Shown: one piece after another, positions 28,472 to 38,588 of the stretch
How the letters are laid out: every line of letters starts with the position of its first letter
How positions within the stretch are numbered: the stretch's first letter is position 1
From: a virus
Virus record (IMG/VR): IMGVR_UViG_3300016665_000619
Location: 27,088 to 91,087 of that record
Reading direction: 5' to 3' (one strand)
DNA: 64,000 bases
Program-made: the position numbers and the translations under genes
Notes under the pieces: model-generated
What the model saw: only the letters and a program-made list of their open reading frames with translations
Database searches by the model: none
Told to the model about the DNA's origin: nothing

Positions 28472-29442
28472 CTTATCTTGTTACAGGAGCACACGGTCTA
28501 TTAGGAAAAGCTCTAACAGAACAAATCCATTTGGCAAACAAGAAATGTGTAGCGCCAAAAATAGACGAACTAAATTTATTTAATCAACGAGAAGTTGAAA
28601 ACTATATAAGCAAATTTGAATGCGCAGATGGTCAAGGATTATATAGCAAGATATCTTGTGCTTTTCATCTTGCTGCAAAAGTAGGGGGAGTTAAATCAAA
28701 TTCTAGTTATCTTGGTGCGTTTTATCATGATAACATTATAATAAACACAAATTTCCTAGAGCAATGTGTGAAGTATAGTATACCCAAAGTAGTCTCTGTT
28801 CTTTCTACTTGCGTATATCCTGATGCCCCATATGTTCATTATCCTCTTACTGAAGAACAATTGCACATGGGACCACCACATGATAGCAACTTTGGATATG
28901 CATATGCCAAAAGAATGTTAGACGTTCAAACACGTGCATATCGTAAACAATATGGCGTCAATTACATAACAGTTATTCCTAATAATTTATTTGGAGAACA
29001 TGATAACTTTCATTTAGAAGATAGTCACGTAATTCCAGCTCTTATGAGAAAAATATGGGAAGCAAAACTTAGTAATAGTCCCACAGTTGAAATATGGGGC
29101 GACGGCAGTCCACTAAGAGAGTTTACTTACTCTGGTGACATTGCTCGCATATTGCTAAAAGTATCTGAAGAATATAATGAAGAAATGCCACTCAATGTTG
29201 GTAATACAGAAGAACATTCCATATCTTCAGTAGCAAATAAGCTCGTTGAATATCTAGAATATGATGGTAAGTTAGTTTTCAATATCAATAAACCATCAGG
29301 GCAATTTAGAAAACCATCTTCAAACAAAAGATTGTTAGAAAAAACAAGTTGGAAGGTAGAAGACTATACTCCATTTGATGTTGCTTTGAAAAAAACCTGT
29401 GAATGGTTTAAAGTAACATATCCAAATGTAAGAGGAGTATAA
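28468..29442 (+). CDS. fcl: GDP-L-fucose synthase (GDP-4-keto-6-deoxymannose epimerase/reductase)
   Basis: [54 protein letters not shown]. Confidence 0.93.
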   Translation: MTYLVTGAHGLLGKALTEQIHLANKKCVAPKIDELNLFNQREVENYISKFECADGQGLYSKISCAFHLAAKVGGVKSNSSYLGAFYHDNIIINTNFLEQCVKYSIPKVVSVLSTCVYPDAPYVHYPLTEEQLHMGPPHDSNFGYAYAKRMLDVQTRAYRKQYGVNYITVIPNNLFGEHDNFHLEDSHVIPALMRKIWEAKLSNSPTVEIWGDGSPLREFTYSGDIARILLKVSEEYNEEMPLNVGNTEEHSISSVANKLVEYLEYDGKLVFNINKPSGQFRKPSSNKRLLEKTSWKVEDYTPFDVALKKTCEWFKVTYPNVRGV

Positions 29443-30425
29443 TGTCAAAACAAAAGACTGCGTTCATTACTGGCGTTACTGGTCAGGATGGTTCTTATTT
29501 AGCTAAATTTCTTTTAGATAAAGGTTATCGTGTTATAGGTATGAAGCGCAGGACTTCTCTTATAACCACAGATAGATTAGACGATATAGAAATCTTTAAT
29601 CATCCAAACTTCAAACTTGAATATGGGAATATGACGGATTCAAGTTCTGTCTATCATCTTCTTACAAAATATAAGCCCGACGAGATATATAATCTTGCAG
29701 CACAGAGCCATGTTAGGGTTTCTTTTGAGGTTCCAGAAGAAACCTTGGACGTAGTAGGTGGTGGCACTTTGAAGCTTTTAGAGGCTTATAGGCTAATCTG
29801 TCCTCATGCTCGTTTCTATCAAGCATCATCTTCAGAGATGTATGGAGATAATGTTAATGTGCCGCAGAACGAAGAGACACGTATGACGCCAGCTTCGCCG
29901 TATGCTGCTGCAAAGTTATATGCACATAATCTTTGCCGTAACTATCGTGAAGGTTATGGACTTCATATATCATCTGGTATATTGTTTAATCATGAAAGTC
30001 CAGTAAGAGGCGAAACGTTTGTTACACGTAAGATTACTCTTGCGGCAGCAAATATAAAACTTGGAAAACAGGATACTTTATATCTTGGTAATCTAGAAGC
30101 AAAGAGAGACTGGGGATTTGCCGGAGATTACGTAGAAGCTATGTGGATGATGCTTCAGCAACCAAAGGGCGATGATTATGTTATTGCAACTGGCGAGACT
30201 CATACCGTAGAAGAATTCTTACATGTTGTATTTGAGCACGCCGGATTAGATGTTAACAAACATGTGAAGATTGATTCAAGATTGTTTAGACCACATGAAG
30301 TTCCTATATTGCTTGGAGACAGTTCTAAAGCTCAAAGAGTTTTAGGCTGGAAACCAAAGACAACATTTCGTGGTTTAGCTGAAATGATGTATGAGGCAGA
30401 TTATCATAGAGCTCTTAATCTTTGA
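29442..30425 (+). CDS. gmd: GDP-mannose 4,6-dehydratase
   Basis: [74 protein letters not shown]. Confidence 0.97.
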   Translation: MSKQKTAFITGVTGQDGSYLAKFLLDKGYRVIGMKRRTSLITTDRLDDIEIFNHPNFKLEYGNMTDSSSVYHLLTKYKPDEIYNLAAQSHVRVSFEVPEETLDVVGGGTLKLLEAYRLICPHARFYQASSSEMYGDNVNVPQNEETRMTPASPYAAAKLYAHNLCRNYREGYGLHISSGILFNHESPVRGETFVTRKITLAAANIKLGKQDTLYLGNLEAKRDWGFAGDYVEAMWMMLQQPKGDDYVIATGETHTVEEFLHVVFEHAGLDVNKHVKIDSRLFRPHEVPILLGDSSKAQRVLGWKPKTTFRGLAEMMYEADYHRALNL

Positions 30426-30488
30426 TATTCTAGTTCTAAACATATCTCAACATATTAGCGAAAATATCAACATCACTAGGAGATAGTA

Positions 30489-31820
30489 ATGTCAGAAGAG
30501 AACACATTTCTCACAGCTTTTAATTTTAAAAAGAAGTATAAGGTAATCACGCTTTCAGATCATCCACTTGCACCATCAGGTGTTGGAGTTCAAGCACGCT
30601 TTCTTATTGATGGTCTAATCAAGACCGGACAATGGTCATTCCGCTGCTTAGGCGGCGCAATGAAGCACGCAAAGTATGATACGATAGCTGTTAACCCTGA
30701 CTTCATTGTAAAGCCTGTAGACGGCTTTGGAAGCAAGGAACTAATACGTCAACTTCTTATCGCAGAACAGCCAGATGCTATCTTCTTGTTTACAGATCCA
30801 CGTCAGTTTACCTGGCTTTGGGAAATGGAAGATGAGATTCATCAAGTATGTCCAATAGTCTATTGGCACGTTTGGGATAATGATCCATATCCAGCATTCA
30901 ACTTCCCATGGTATGAAAGCACTGATCTTATTAACTGTCTTTCGTATAAGACTTTTGAGTTGGTGAAGCCACATTTCCCAGAGAAGACAAATTATATTCC
31001 TCACACATTCCCAAAGCAGGTATACAACCAGCTTCCAGACGAACAAATAAAGCAGCTCAAACAACAAAACTTTGGTCCAAAGGCTGATTGGTTTAAAGCT
31101 CTTTGGGTTAATCGCAACGCTACACGTAAGATGCCAAACGATGTTCTCTTCTCTTGGAAGACATTCCTTGATGATCTTGAAAAGAAGGAAGGACACCGTA
31201 ATGCAGTTCTAATCATGCATACAGATCCAAATGACATGGAAGGACCAAACCTTCTTGCTGTATCTGATATGCTTGGATTAAATGAAAACGTTTGGTTCTC
31301 AAATGATCGTCTTCAGTTTGAGCAAATGAATGTCATGCATAATCTTGCTGATGTAACTGTGAATATTTCAAAGAACGAAGGATTTGGTCTTTCAACTCTT
31401 ATTTCATTACAAGTTGGTAAGCCAATCATCGCTCTTAAGACCGGCGGCGAAACACGTCAGGTAGAAGATTATCGTAATGGCTATCAGTATGGCGTAGCTA
31501 TTGAACCAGTAAAACGTTCTCTTGTCGGGTCACAAATGGTTCCATATATCTTTGAGGATTATTGCACAGAACGTCAGTTAGCAGATGCTTTCATGGAGAT
31601 TTACAGTTGGAGTCCAGAGAAGAAAGCAGAGTTCCGTGAAAAGGCAGCCGAATACCTTGAGCATGAATTCAAATATGAAAATATGATTCAACAATGGCAT
31701 GAAACCATGTTAAAGTGTGTAGAAGACTTCAAGGCAAAGAAAGAATCAGGACAGCTTAAGAGATGGAAGTTACAAGGTGTCAATCCTGCTCCTGCCAATA
31801 AGTTAATCAATATTAAGTGA
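30489..31820 (+). CDS. Glycosyltransferase family 4 (GT-B)
   Basis: SDHP..PSGVG.Q, NRN..RK, EGFGL, G.PII..TGG. Confidence 0.88.
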   Translation: MSEENTFLTAFNFKKKYKVITLSDHPLAPSGVGVQARFLIDGLIKTGQWSFRCLGGAMKHAKYDTIAVNPDFIVKPVDGFGSKELIRQLLIAEQPDAIFLFTDPRQFTWLWEMEDEIHQVCPIVYWHVWDNDPYPAFNFPWYESTDLINCLSYKTFELVKPHFPEKTNYIPHTFPKQVYNQLPDEQIKQLKQQNFGPKADWFKALWVNRNATRKMPNDVLFSWKTFLDDLEKKEGHRNAVLIMHTDPNDMEGPNLLAVSDMLGLNENVWFSNDRLQFEQMNVMHNLADVTVNISKNEGFGLSTLISLQVGKPIIALKTGGETRQVEDYRNGYQYGVAIEPVKRSLVGSQMVPYIFEDYCTERQLADAFMEIYSWSPEKKAEFREKAAEYLEHEFKYENMIQQWHETMLKCVEDFKAKKESGQLKRWKLQGVNPAPANKLINIK

Positions 31821-31834
31821 TAAGGGAAATAGTA

Positions 31835-33016
31835 ATGACAAAGAAAACAGTTATTCTTCGTGGTCCAGTATTAACCGAAAGTGGTTATGGTGTTCATGCT
31901 CGTCAAGTAGCTCGTTGGCTGTTTGATTTAGCGGATAGAACTGGTAATATTGATGTTGTAACAGAACCTCTTCCTTGGGGTGCTACTCCTTGGCTTGTTG
32001 ATGCATATGCTCATGATGGTCTTGTAGGTCGTCTTATTCAAGCTGCTGGCAAGAGAGATAAATACGATGTATCCCTCCAGCTTCAACTTCCAAACGAATG
32101 GAATCCATTTCTTGCAGATTTTAATATTGGTTTAACTGCTGGTGTTGAAAGCGATGTTTGTAATCCTGCATGGATATCTGCCATTAATCGAATGGACTTA
32201 TTAATTGTTCCTTCAGAATTTGTTAAAAACGTTTTTGCAAATACTGGCGAAATCAAGACAAAGATTGCCGTTATTCCAGAAGCATTTATTGACTCTGTTG
32301 CAAAGCCAGAACTTCCACAGCTTGATTTGGAAGAAATAAAAACAGATACAAATTTCTTGGTATTTGGACAGATTACCGGCAATAATCCAGAAAATGACCG
32401 TAAGAATATGTTTTATACGGTTAAGTGGTTGTGTGAACAGTTTGCAGATAACTCAAACGTTGGAGTCGTTATTAAAACAAATACCGGTCGCCAAACAGTT
32501 GTAGACCGTATCAGAACAACCAATTTATTATCTCAACTCACATTAGAAGTCAAGAAGGGTGCAGAGTTTCCGAAGATTTATCTTCTTCATGGAGATATGT
32601 CAGACGATGAAGTGGCTGCTCTATATCGCCACCCAAAGATCAAGGCTCTTGTTGCTCCAACTCGTGGTGAAGGATTTGGTCTTCCTATTCTTGAAGCAGC
32701 AGCTTCTGGTCTTCCAGTTATTGCTACTGGTTGGAGTGCTCATACTGAGTTCCTTGGCAAAGGAAAGTATGTTAAGCTTGATTATCGTCTTGAGCAAATT
32801 CATCCAACCCGTGTAGATAATCAGATTTGGATGCCAAATGCCAAGTGGGCAAACGTTAAGGAAGATGATTTCAAGCATCGTGTAAAGAAGTTTGTAGAAA
32901 GTCCACAGATGCCCCAACAATGGGCTAAGGAACTATCCGAAACTCTTAAGCGTGAATATTCTTTTGAAGCAGTAGCGGCTCAATATACTGAACTTCTTAA
33001 GGACGTGTTAGGATGA
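31835..33016 (+). CDS. Glycosyltransferase family 4 (GT-B)
   Basis: SGYG.HAR, IVPS, DRKN, TRGEGFGLPILEAAASGLPVIATGWS.H.EF. Confidence 0.92.
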   Translation: MTKKTVILRGPVLTESGYGVHARQVARWLFDLADRTGNIDVVTEPLPWGATPWLVDAYAHDGLVGRLIQAAGKRDKYDVSLQLQLPNEWNPFLADFNIGLTAGVESDVCNPAWISAINRMDLLIVPSEFVKNVFANTGEIKTKIAVIPEAFIDSVAKPELPQLDLEEIKTDTNFLVFGQITGNNPENDRKNMFYTVKWLCEQFADNSNVGVVIKTNTGRQTVVDRIRTTNLLSQLTLEVKKGAEFPKIYLLHGDMSDDEVAALYRHPKIKALVAPTRGEGFGLPILEAAASGLPVIATGWSAHTEFLGKGKYVKLDYRLEQIHPTRVDNQIWMPNAKWANVKEDDFKHRVKKFVESPQMPQQWAKELSETLKREYSFEAVAAQYTELLKDVLG

Positions 33017-33423
33017 TAATATTTTTAGGAATATTTAGTTTGGTGCTACTAATTTCATTAGCAGTATCAATATTTTATCTAATTCGTTTCGCACGTATTA
33101 TTATGATTATCGAGGATGATTTTTCTGATGCGATTGAAGCATTAGAAGACACTGAGAAAACATTAGAAAAAATACTTGGCATGAGATTGTTCTTTGATAG
33201 CAAAGAAGTTCAATTGGTCGTGCAAGAGGCAATGTCAGAAGTTAAGAAGAGTAAAATGTCTGTAAATCGTGTTGCTCTTAAGTTTGTTGATCGTAGTAAA
33301 CAAAAATACACAGTAGTGGTTGAAGAAGAACCAGATATACGTGAACTTCAAGAGAGAATCATGAGAGAGCGTCTACTCCGAGGAGATATGGTAGATGAAA
33401 TTACGCAAGAAAACTTCCGTTGA
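33013..33423 (+). CDS. Hypothetical membrane-anchored protein
   Basis: N-terminal hydrophobic helix followed by a coiled region. Confidence 0.65.
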   Translation: MIIFLGIFSLVLLISLAVSIFYLIRFARIIMIIEDDFSDAIEALEDTEKTLEKILGMRLFFDSKEVQLVVQEAMSEVKKSKMSVNRVALKFVDRSKQKYTVVVEEEPDIRELQERIMRERLLRGDMVDEITQENFR

Positions 33424-34237
33424 TATTTCAGCAGATATACAAGAGATAAGTGAATTATTAACGGTAGAAGTCCGATCTGATTCTATTCCTCCTGTAATAT
33501 ATCCTGAAAAGAAAAAAGGTAGAAAAAAGATTAAGCGCAAAGGTGATCAACCTACTTTAATCAATTATTTTACAGATAAAACTCAAGAACAAATCATAGT
33601 GTATCAGCAAGAAGCCGATACAGAAAAAAAGAAAAAGATTTACGTCAAGGAGATACTTCCTGCCTTTGATAGTCTTGTAGAAAATCTCATAAACGTTTAT
33701 GGGTTTTCAGTAATGTATGAGAGCAAGCAAGACCTCAAGCATGAATGCCTTCAGTTCTTGTATACCGCTGTTGATAAGTTCAATGCCGAGAAGGGCAGCA
33801 AAGCTTTCTCTTATTTCAACGTAGTAGCAAAGAACTGGCTTACTATTAAAAGTAAGCAAAATATGAAAAGGGCACAGAGTTATATTTCGATTGATGATCG
33901 TGAAAATCTTTCAAAAGAAGATTTAGAGCAAATTGAAACACATCAGTTTCATCCGGGATTTGAAGATATATATACAACCGTCAATACTCATGAATATTTG
34001 ACAAAACTAGTTGTTGCTATTGAAGATAAGACAAAGACCGAAAATGAAAAAATGGTAGTTAACGCTATTAAAGTTTTAATATCTAATCTTGAAGATGTTG
34101 ATCTTTTAAGTAAAAGAGCGATACTACTCTATGTAAGGGAACTCACAACTTTAAGTTCAAAACAGCTTTCAATTGTATTGAGTTCTCTTAAGAGACATTA
34201 TCGTGACGTAAAAAATGGTGATGACTTTAGTATTTGA
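33395..34237 (+). CDS. Phage late-transcription sigma factor (T4 gp55-like, sigma70 region 2)
   Basis: YFT...I..YQ, LVENLI, DL..EC..FL...DKFN.EKG.KAFSYF..VAKNWL region-2 pattern. Confidence 0.72.
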   Translation: MKLRKKTSVDISADIQEISELLTVEVRSDSIPPVIYPEKKKGRKKIKRKGDQPTLINYFTDKTQEQIIVYQQEADTEKKKKIYVKEILPAFDSLVENLINVYGFSVMYESKQDLKHECLQFLYTAVDKFNAEKGSKAFSYFNVVAKNWLTIKSKQNMKRAQSYISIDDRENLSKEDLEQIETHQFHPGFEDIYTTVNTHEYLTKLVVAIEDKTKTENEKMVVNAIKVLISNLEDVDLLSKRAILLYVRELTTLSSKQLSIVLSSLKRHYRDVKNGDDFSI

Positions 34238-34291
34238 TTAACATTATATTTGTTATACAAATAAGTTGAAAACATCGATATATTTAGGGGT

Positions 34292-34774
34292 ATGGCAAAG
34301 AAAAAAATCCCAGTATATCAACCAGCAGCACCTTCATTTCAAGCACAGACTCCTCCAGACGAACCAGATATAACAGGAATGGAAGTTGGTTTCCGTCGTC
34401 CAAATATAGATGATCTGGACGAGAAGATCAATAAACAGCTTCATGACTTTTCTGCGCTTTTAAACCAGATATCCTCTGTAGAAGATAAACAGAAGGCACT
34501 CTGGAAACAGATTTACGAGAATGCAGTTCAAGACCGTAAGAACGCTTATATCATGTGGATAGACCTTTATGGATATGTCCACGCTAATCCTAATGAGCAC
34601 GCCATACATGGTCAGAACTTGTCTCGCTACATGGAAAGAATGAGCAAGGCAAATGATCAAATTCTCAAGCTTACAGAACTAGTTTCTAAAGCCAGTGAAG
34701 AGGATTTGGACGAAATGATGAGTGAAGAAGATATTTATGATAAAATCCAACAAACAACCGGTTTGAAACAATGA
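34292..34774 (+). CDS. Hypothetical helical protein
   Basis: 160-aa ORF preceded by an ATATTTA element; ATGA-coupled to the next gene. Confidence 0.65.
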   Translation: MAKKKIPVYQPAAPSFQAQTPPDEPDITGMEVGFRRPNIDDLDEKINKQLHDFSALLNQISSVEDKQKALWKQIYENAVQDRKNAYIMWIDLYGYVHANPNEHAIHGQNLSRYMERMSKANDQILKLTELVSKASEEDLDEMMSEEDIYDKIQQTTGLKQ

Positions 34775-36063
34775 TTTTATCAAAACATCAACAAATCTTA
34801 GAAAAAATAAAAAAAGTAATTCGTCCATTGGTTTTAGAACAGATGGATGAAGGTGGTCTTGGTGGTCACATGGCACATTTGCATGAAGATCAAGATTTAA
34901 CTTTTGGCGAACTTAAAGCAATATTCGTCCAAGCCAGCAAAGGTAAACTGGAGAGTGTTACTGAAAAACTTGATGGACAAAATACTTTCTTCACTTTCAG
35001 CCCAACAGAAGGCTTAAGATTTGCTCGTAATACCGCTCACATAAAAACTGGTGGTATGGGCTCAGATGAAATAGAAACAAAATGGGCAGACAAACCTGCC
35101 GTTGCTGCCGCTTTTGGAAAAGCCTATAAAGTGTTATCTGCTGCTATAGCTGCCCTATCTCCAAAAGATAGACAAACCATATTTAATGATGGAAATATTT
35201 GGTATTCAGCAGAAATCGTTGGAACATTAAATCCAAACGTAATCAATTATGACCAAGATGCTGTCATATTCCATGAGAGTGGAACTGTATATGATGAAAA
35301 TGGTGAGCCACTAAACGTTGATACAAGTGCAAACTTTGCTAAACTTGTTTCTTCTGTTAATAGAATGCAGGCAGCAATAAAAGATAGTGGCTGGAAAGTT
35401 ATGGGACCGGTCATGGTTCCATTACAAAAGCTTTCTAATAATGAGCCATTAGAAATTGCTATAGCTTCTCTTGACCAAATAATGAATCGTCATGGTATGA
35501 CCAATGACAATAGTCTTGGTGATATGTTTGAAGAGTATGTTGCCTCAGACGTTCTTAAAGATATTGTAGCAGATGATGATACCAAACAATATATTGCTGA
35601 ACTAGTATCAGATTTTGATAACAATATTACAAGTAAAAAGCCAATATTGGCAGACTTAGTAAGTGAAGGTTTGATTCAAAAGGAAGATTTAAAAGCTATT
35701 AGTTTTGTTATTAAGGACGGTCCAAGACTTTATACTGCCCTTGTGGAACCGGTTAGAGAAATAGTTAGAGAGTTTGCTGTTGAAGTTCTAAAAGCCGTTC
35801 AAAGCTATCTTATCATAAATCCAAATAAGGAAATTCAACGACTACGTGGAGAAGTTGAAAAGGCTATTTCCGCAATAGAAAAAACCGGAACAGAACGTTC
35901 AAATGAAGTTTTGCAAAAAGAGCTTGGTCGTTTACGTAACATGGATAACATTACAAGCTCAATGGAAGGAGTAGCTTTCAAATATAATGGAAAGCTATAT
36001 AAACTTACAGGCGCTTTTGCTCCAGTTAATCAAATACTTGGAATAGCAAAGTATGGTAGATAA
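34771..36063 (+). CDS. Ligase-like nucleotidyltransferase-fold protein (KxDG)
   Basis: Motif I TEKLDGQN, motif III SAEIV, IIIa VIFH, IV EGVAF, V LYKLTG. Confidence 0.55.
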   Translation: MILSKHQQILEKIKKVIRPLVLEQMDEGGLGGHMAHLHEDQDLTFGELKAIFVQASKGKLESVTEKLDGQNTFFTFSPTEGLRFARNTAHIKTGGMGSDEIETKWADKPAVAAAFGKAYKVLSAAIAALSPKDRQTIFNDGNIWYSAEIVGTLNPNVINYDQDAVIFHESGTVYDENGEPLNVDTSANFAKLVSSVNRMQAAIKDSGWKVMGPVMVPLQKLSNNEPLEIAIASLDQIMNRHGMTNDNSLGDMFEEYVASDVLKDIVADDDTKQYIAELVSDFDNNITSKKPILADLVSEGLIQKEDLKAISFVIKDGPRLYTALVEPVREIVREFAVEVLKAVQSYLIINPNKEIQRLRGEVEKAISAIEKTGTERSNEVLQKELGRLRNMDNITSSMEGVAFKYNGKLYKLTGAFAPVNQILGIAKYGR

Positions 36064-36111
36064 TAAAGAAGCCATATATTAAAATTTGTTTTAGGTTATA
36101 TCTATTAGAGT

Positions 36112-37827
36112 ATGCCTAGAGCCGGAACAAACATAATACGTAGTTTAACTGGTGGTGTTGGTGCAAACACGTCTTTAATGACGCAAGTTTTTACAACAAC
36201 ACAAACTCCAACGTTGCAAAGAGCAGTTGTTGTTGATGTTATAACCGATCTTTCTTTGCTCACCGAAGAATATAAAGAAGCATTAACTCAAACAGTTAAT
36301 AATGCTGAACTTTTAGATGTTTTATCTGTCAACTGTGTTATTGCTAGAATAATATCCTCCAACGAAGGAAATGGTGCTAATTCTAATACCATTCTATTTC
36401 CTTTTTATTCTTCGCATTTCATGTTGCCTGTTATGCCTGGTGAACAGGTGTATGTAATATATGAAGATTTCGTTGGCACAGGAACAAAAGTTGGCTATTG
36501 GATGTCTAGAGTCGCCGGATATGGAACTTACGAAGATCCAAACTATACACATGACGATAGAAGATTTGATCCTACAATCAATCAAGGAACATATACCACT
36601 AGAGAAATAGCTGAAAGAAATGCTGGATTGGGTCCGGAAACATTTCAAAACGGTGGAAATACAGTAGAAACTTCAACGTTGGCAGTAAACGAAAGAAACG
36701 TTACTGAGAATCCTTACGATACAATATTCAATGAAGCTCGAGCGAGTGCTTACTTTACTCCGGAGCCAGTTCCAAGATGGAAGAAACGTCCACAAGAATT
36801 AATATTGCAAGGCGCCAATAACGCTTTGATAATGTTAGGCGAAGATAGAAATGGACCTATCGACGGTGCTATCAATGATAATCCGGTTGATATTATTAAG
36901 TTAGGAGGAGCACCAAGACAGGCTGGAGCAATCGATATTGTTGCAGGTAGAGGAAGATATCTACTACCTCCAGGAACTGATCCAAGAATATATGCAGTTA
37001 ATAATCCTGCTGGTCCTTCTTCCAATTCTCCATTAGTAATCGACAACATTCGTGGATATCAAGAAACAGATAAAAATCCATTTCGAAACTCTCGTGAAAA
37101 CATAGCAAATCCCAACGAAGGAAATCCAAATCCTATTTTTGATGCTGCTCGGGTTTATGTTGTTCAACAGAGTCGTGTAGATGAAAATTACGGCTTGGTT
37201 TTTAATGGTAATTTTGGAATAGTATATCCTTCTGAATGTTTAGCAAATGAACAACCTCCAGAAAATGGCACATTAGGTAGAAGCTATGTTGTTAATAAGG
37301 CAGATCACATAAGGATGATTGCTCGTCGGGAACCACAAACTGCTGCTAATGAAAATATTGCTGGAACTGTCTTGATTATTCGTGAAGGAAAGAATAATAC
37401 AAACAGTATTTCATCTGATCCAAACAATTTGCCTACACCTCCAGATGGAAACTTGGCTTACATATATCTCAATAAAGAGGGAAAAGTTCAAGTTGAAGCA
37501 AATGAGATATATCTTGGACGGGCAGGAGATTTGTCGCAGCCTTATGTTAGATACTCTGTTTATAAAAAAACTATAGAAACGTTACAGGACGAAATCAACT
37601 CATTAAGAGATCATATAAAGAATCTAGAAGAAACTTTAGAAACAGCTTTCCAAACGGCAATAGCTGTTCCATATTCGAATATTCCATCTCTATATGCTTT
37701 AGCAAATAATGCATTAAGAAATCAAGTTCAGTTTTCAAATTTAGATCAAACTATTACAGAAGCTGATGATAAAATAAAAAACACTTATAACAATACAGTT
37801 AAATCAACAAAAATCTATGGAGAGTGA
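36112..37827 (+). CDS. Putative baseplate hub/central spike protein (gp5 OB-fold-like)
   Basis: LPVMPGEQVYV OB-fold motif, LILQG.NN..I.LG, IDIVAGR; lies just upstream of the gp25-like gene. Confidence 0.55.
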   Translation: MPRAGTNIIRSLTGGVGANTSLMTQVFTTTQTPTLQRAVVVDVITDLSLLTEEYKEALTQTVNNAELLDVLSVNCVIARIISSNEGNGANSNTILFPFYSSHFMLPVMPGEQVYVIYEDFVGTGTKVGYWMSRVAGYGTYEDPNYTHDDRRFDPTINQGTYTTREIAERNAGLGPETFQNGGNTVETSTLAVNERNVTENPYDTIFNEARASAYFTPEPVPRWKKRPQELILQGANNALIMLGEDRNGPIDGAINDNPVDIIKLGGAPRQAGAIDIVAGRGRYLLPPGTDPRIYAVNNPAGPSSNSPLVIDNIRGYQETDKNPFRNSRENIANPNEGNPNPIFDAARVYVVQQSRVDENYGLVFNGNFGIVYPSECLANEQPPENGTLGRSYVVNKADHIRMIARREPQTAANENIAGTVLIIREGKNNTNSISSDPNNLPTPPDGNLAYIYLNKEGKVQVEANEIYLGRAGDLSQPYVRYSVYKKTIETLQDEINSLRDHIKNLEETLETAFQTAIAVPYSNIPSLYALANNALRNQVQFSNLDQTITEADDKIKNTYNNTVKSTKIYGE

Positions 37828-37829
37828 TT

Positions 37830-38093
37830 ATGTCAAAAGCAGCAATGAAGAATACAATTAAAGCAATATTGCAGTCTGAACTTGGAAAAGCTGAAGGCAA
37901 TGCTGGCGTGGCAAATGCACAAATTGAAACGATATCTACTGCTATTTCCGAGGCTGTTGCTGCATATGTTACTCAAGAATTAACAGTTTTAAAAACATTC
38001 TTAGTCACACCGGGAACTTTTACGGGCGCAGGAACTGGAGTAGTCGTGGTAACAGCTCCTGGAATAGCCCCATATACTCCTGGGATTCCATGA
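37830..38093 (+). CDS. Small baseplate-region protein
   Basis: GGAG SD; lies between the spike-like and gp25-like genes. Confidence 0.55.
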   Translation: MSKAAMKNTIKAILQSELGKAEGNAGVANAQIETISTAISEAVAAYVTQELTVLKTFLVTPGTFTGAGTGVVVVTAPGIAPYTPGIP

Positions 38094-38113
38094 AGAGATA
38101 TATTTAATCCAAT

Positions 38114-38581
38114 ATGGCAAGACTATCATTTAAAGACGTTGGCACACAGAATTCTGTAGCTAATAACATAGCTACAACTGCGGCGCCGATTCCATATGGA
38201 ATTAAAACTCCTTTGGAGTTAGATGAAGGAAATTCTGTATCGATATTCAAGATGCATTACAGTCTTCTTGATCAAATAAGTGATAATTTAAGAAACATTA
38301 TATTAACGAATCATGGCGAAAGATTAGCCATGTATGATTTTGGTGCCAACCTACGTCCTCTTTTGACAGATTTTAGCAACAAGGACAATTTCGATCAAGA
38401 AGCAATGCGTAGAATTAAATCAACAGTTGGAAAATATATGCCATTTGTTAATTTATTAGGATACGAATCCAAAGTCGAAAGAACACAAAACGTATATACT
38501 GGCATCATATATATAATAATTGCATACAAAGTTTCCACTTTTCCAGAACAATTACTAGAAGTAAGTTTATTTATAACGTGA
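38114..38581 (+). CDS. Baseplate wedge subunit, gp25/GPW-like
   Basis: QI.DNLRNIILTN.GER....DFGANL...I...V.KYMPFV. Confidence 0.88.
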   Translation: MARLSFKDVGTQNSVANNIATTAAPIPYGIKTPLELDEGNSVSIFKMHYSLLDQISDNLRNIILTNHGERLAMYDFGANLRPLLTDFSNKDNFDQEAMRRIKSTVGKYMPFVNLLGYESKVERTQNVYTGIIYIIIAYKVSTFPEQLLEVSLFIT

Positions 38582-38588
38582 TAATATT

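Noticed and set aside
14548-33016. Bacterial chromosomal O-antigen/capsule locus or misassembly
   Set aside because: No export, polymerase or priming genes; it is co-oriented with and directly coupled to phage genes on both sides.
34292-34774. Terminase small subunit
   Set aside because: Size and helicity fit, but there is no diagnostic motif and no large subunit nearby.
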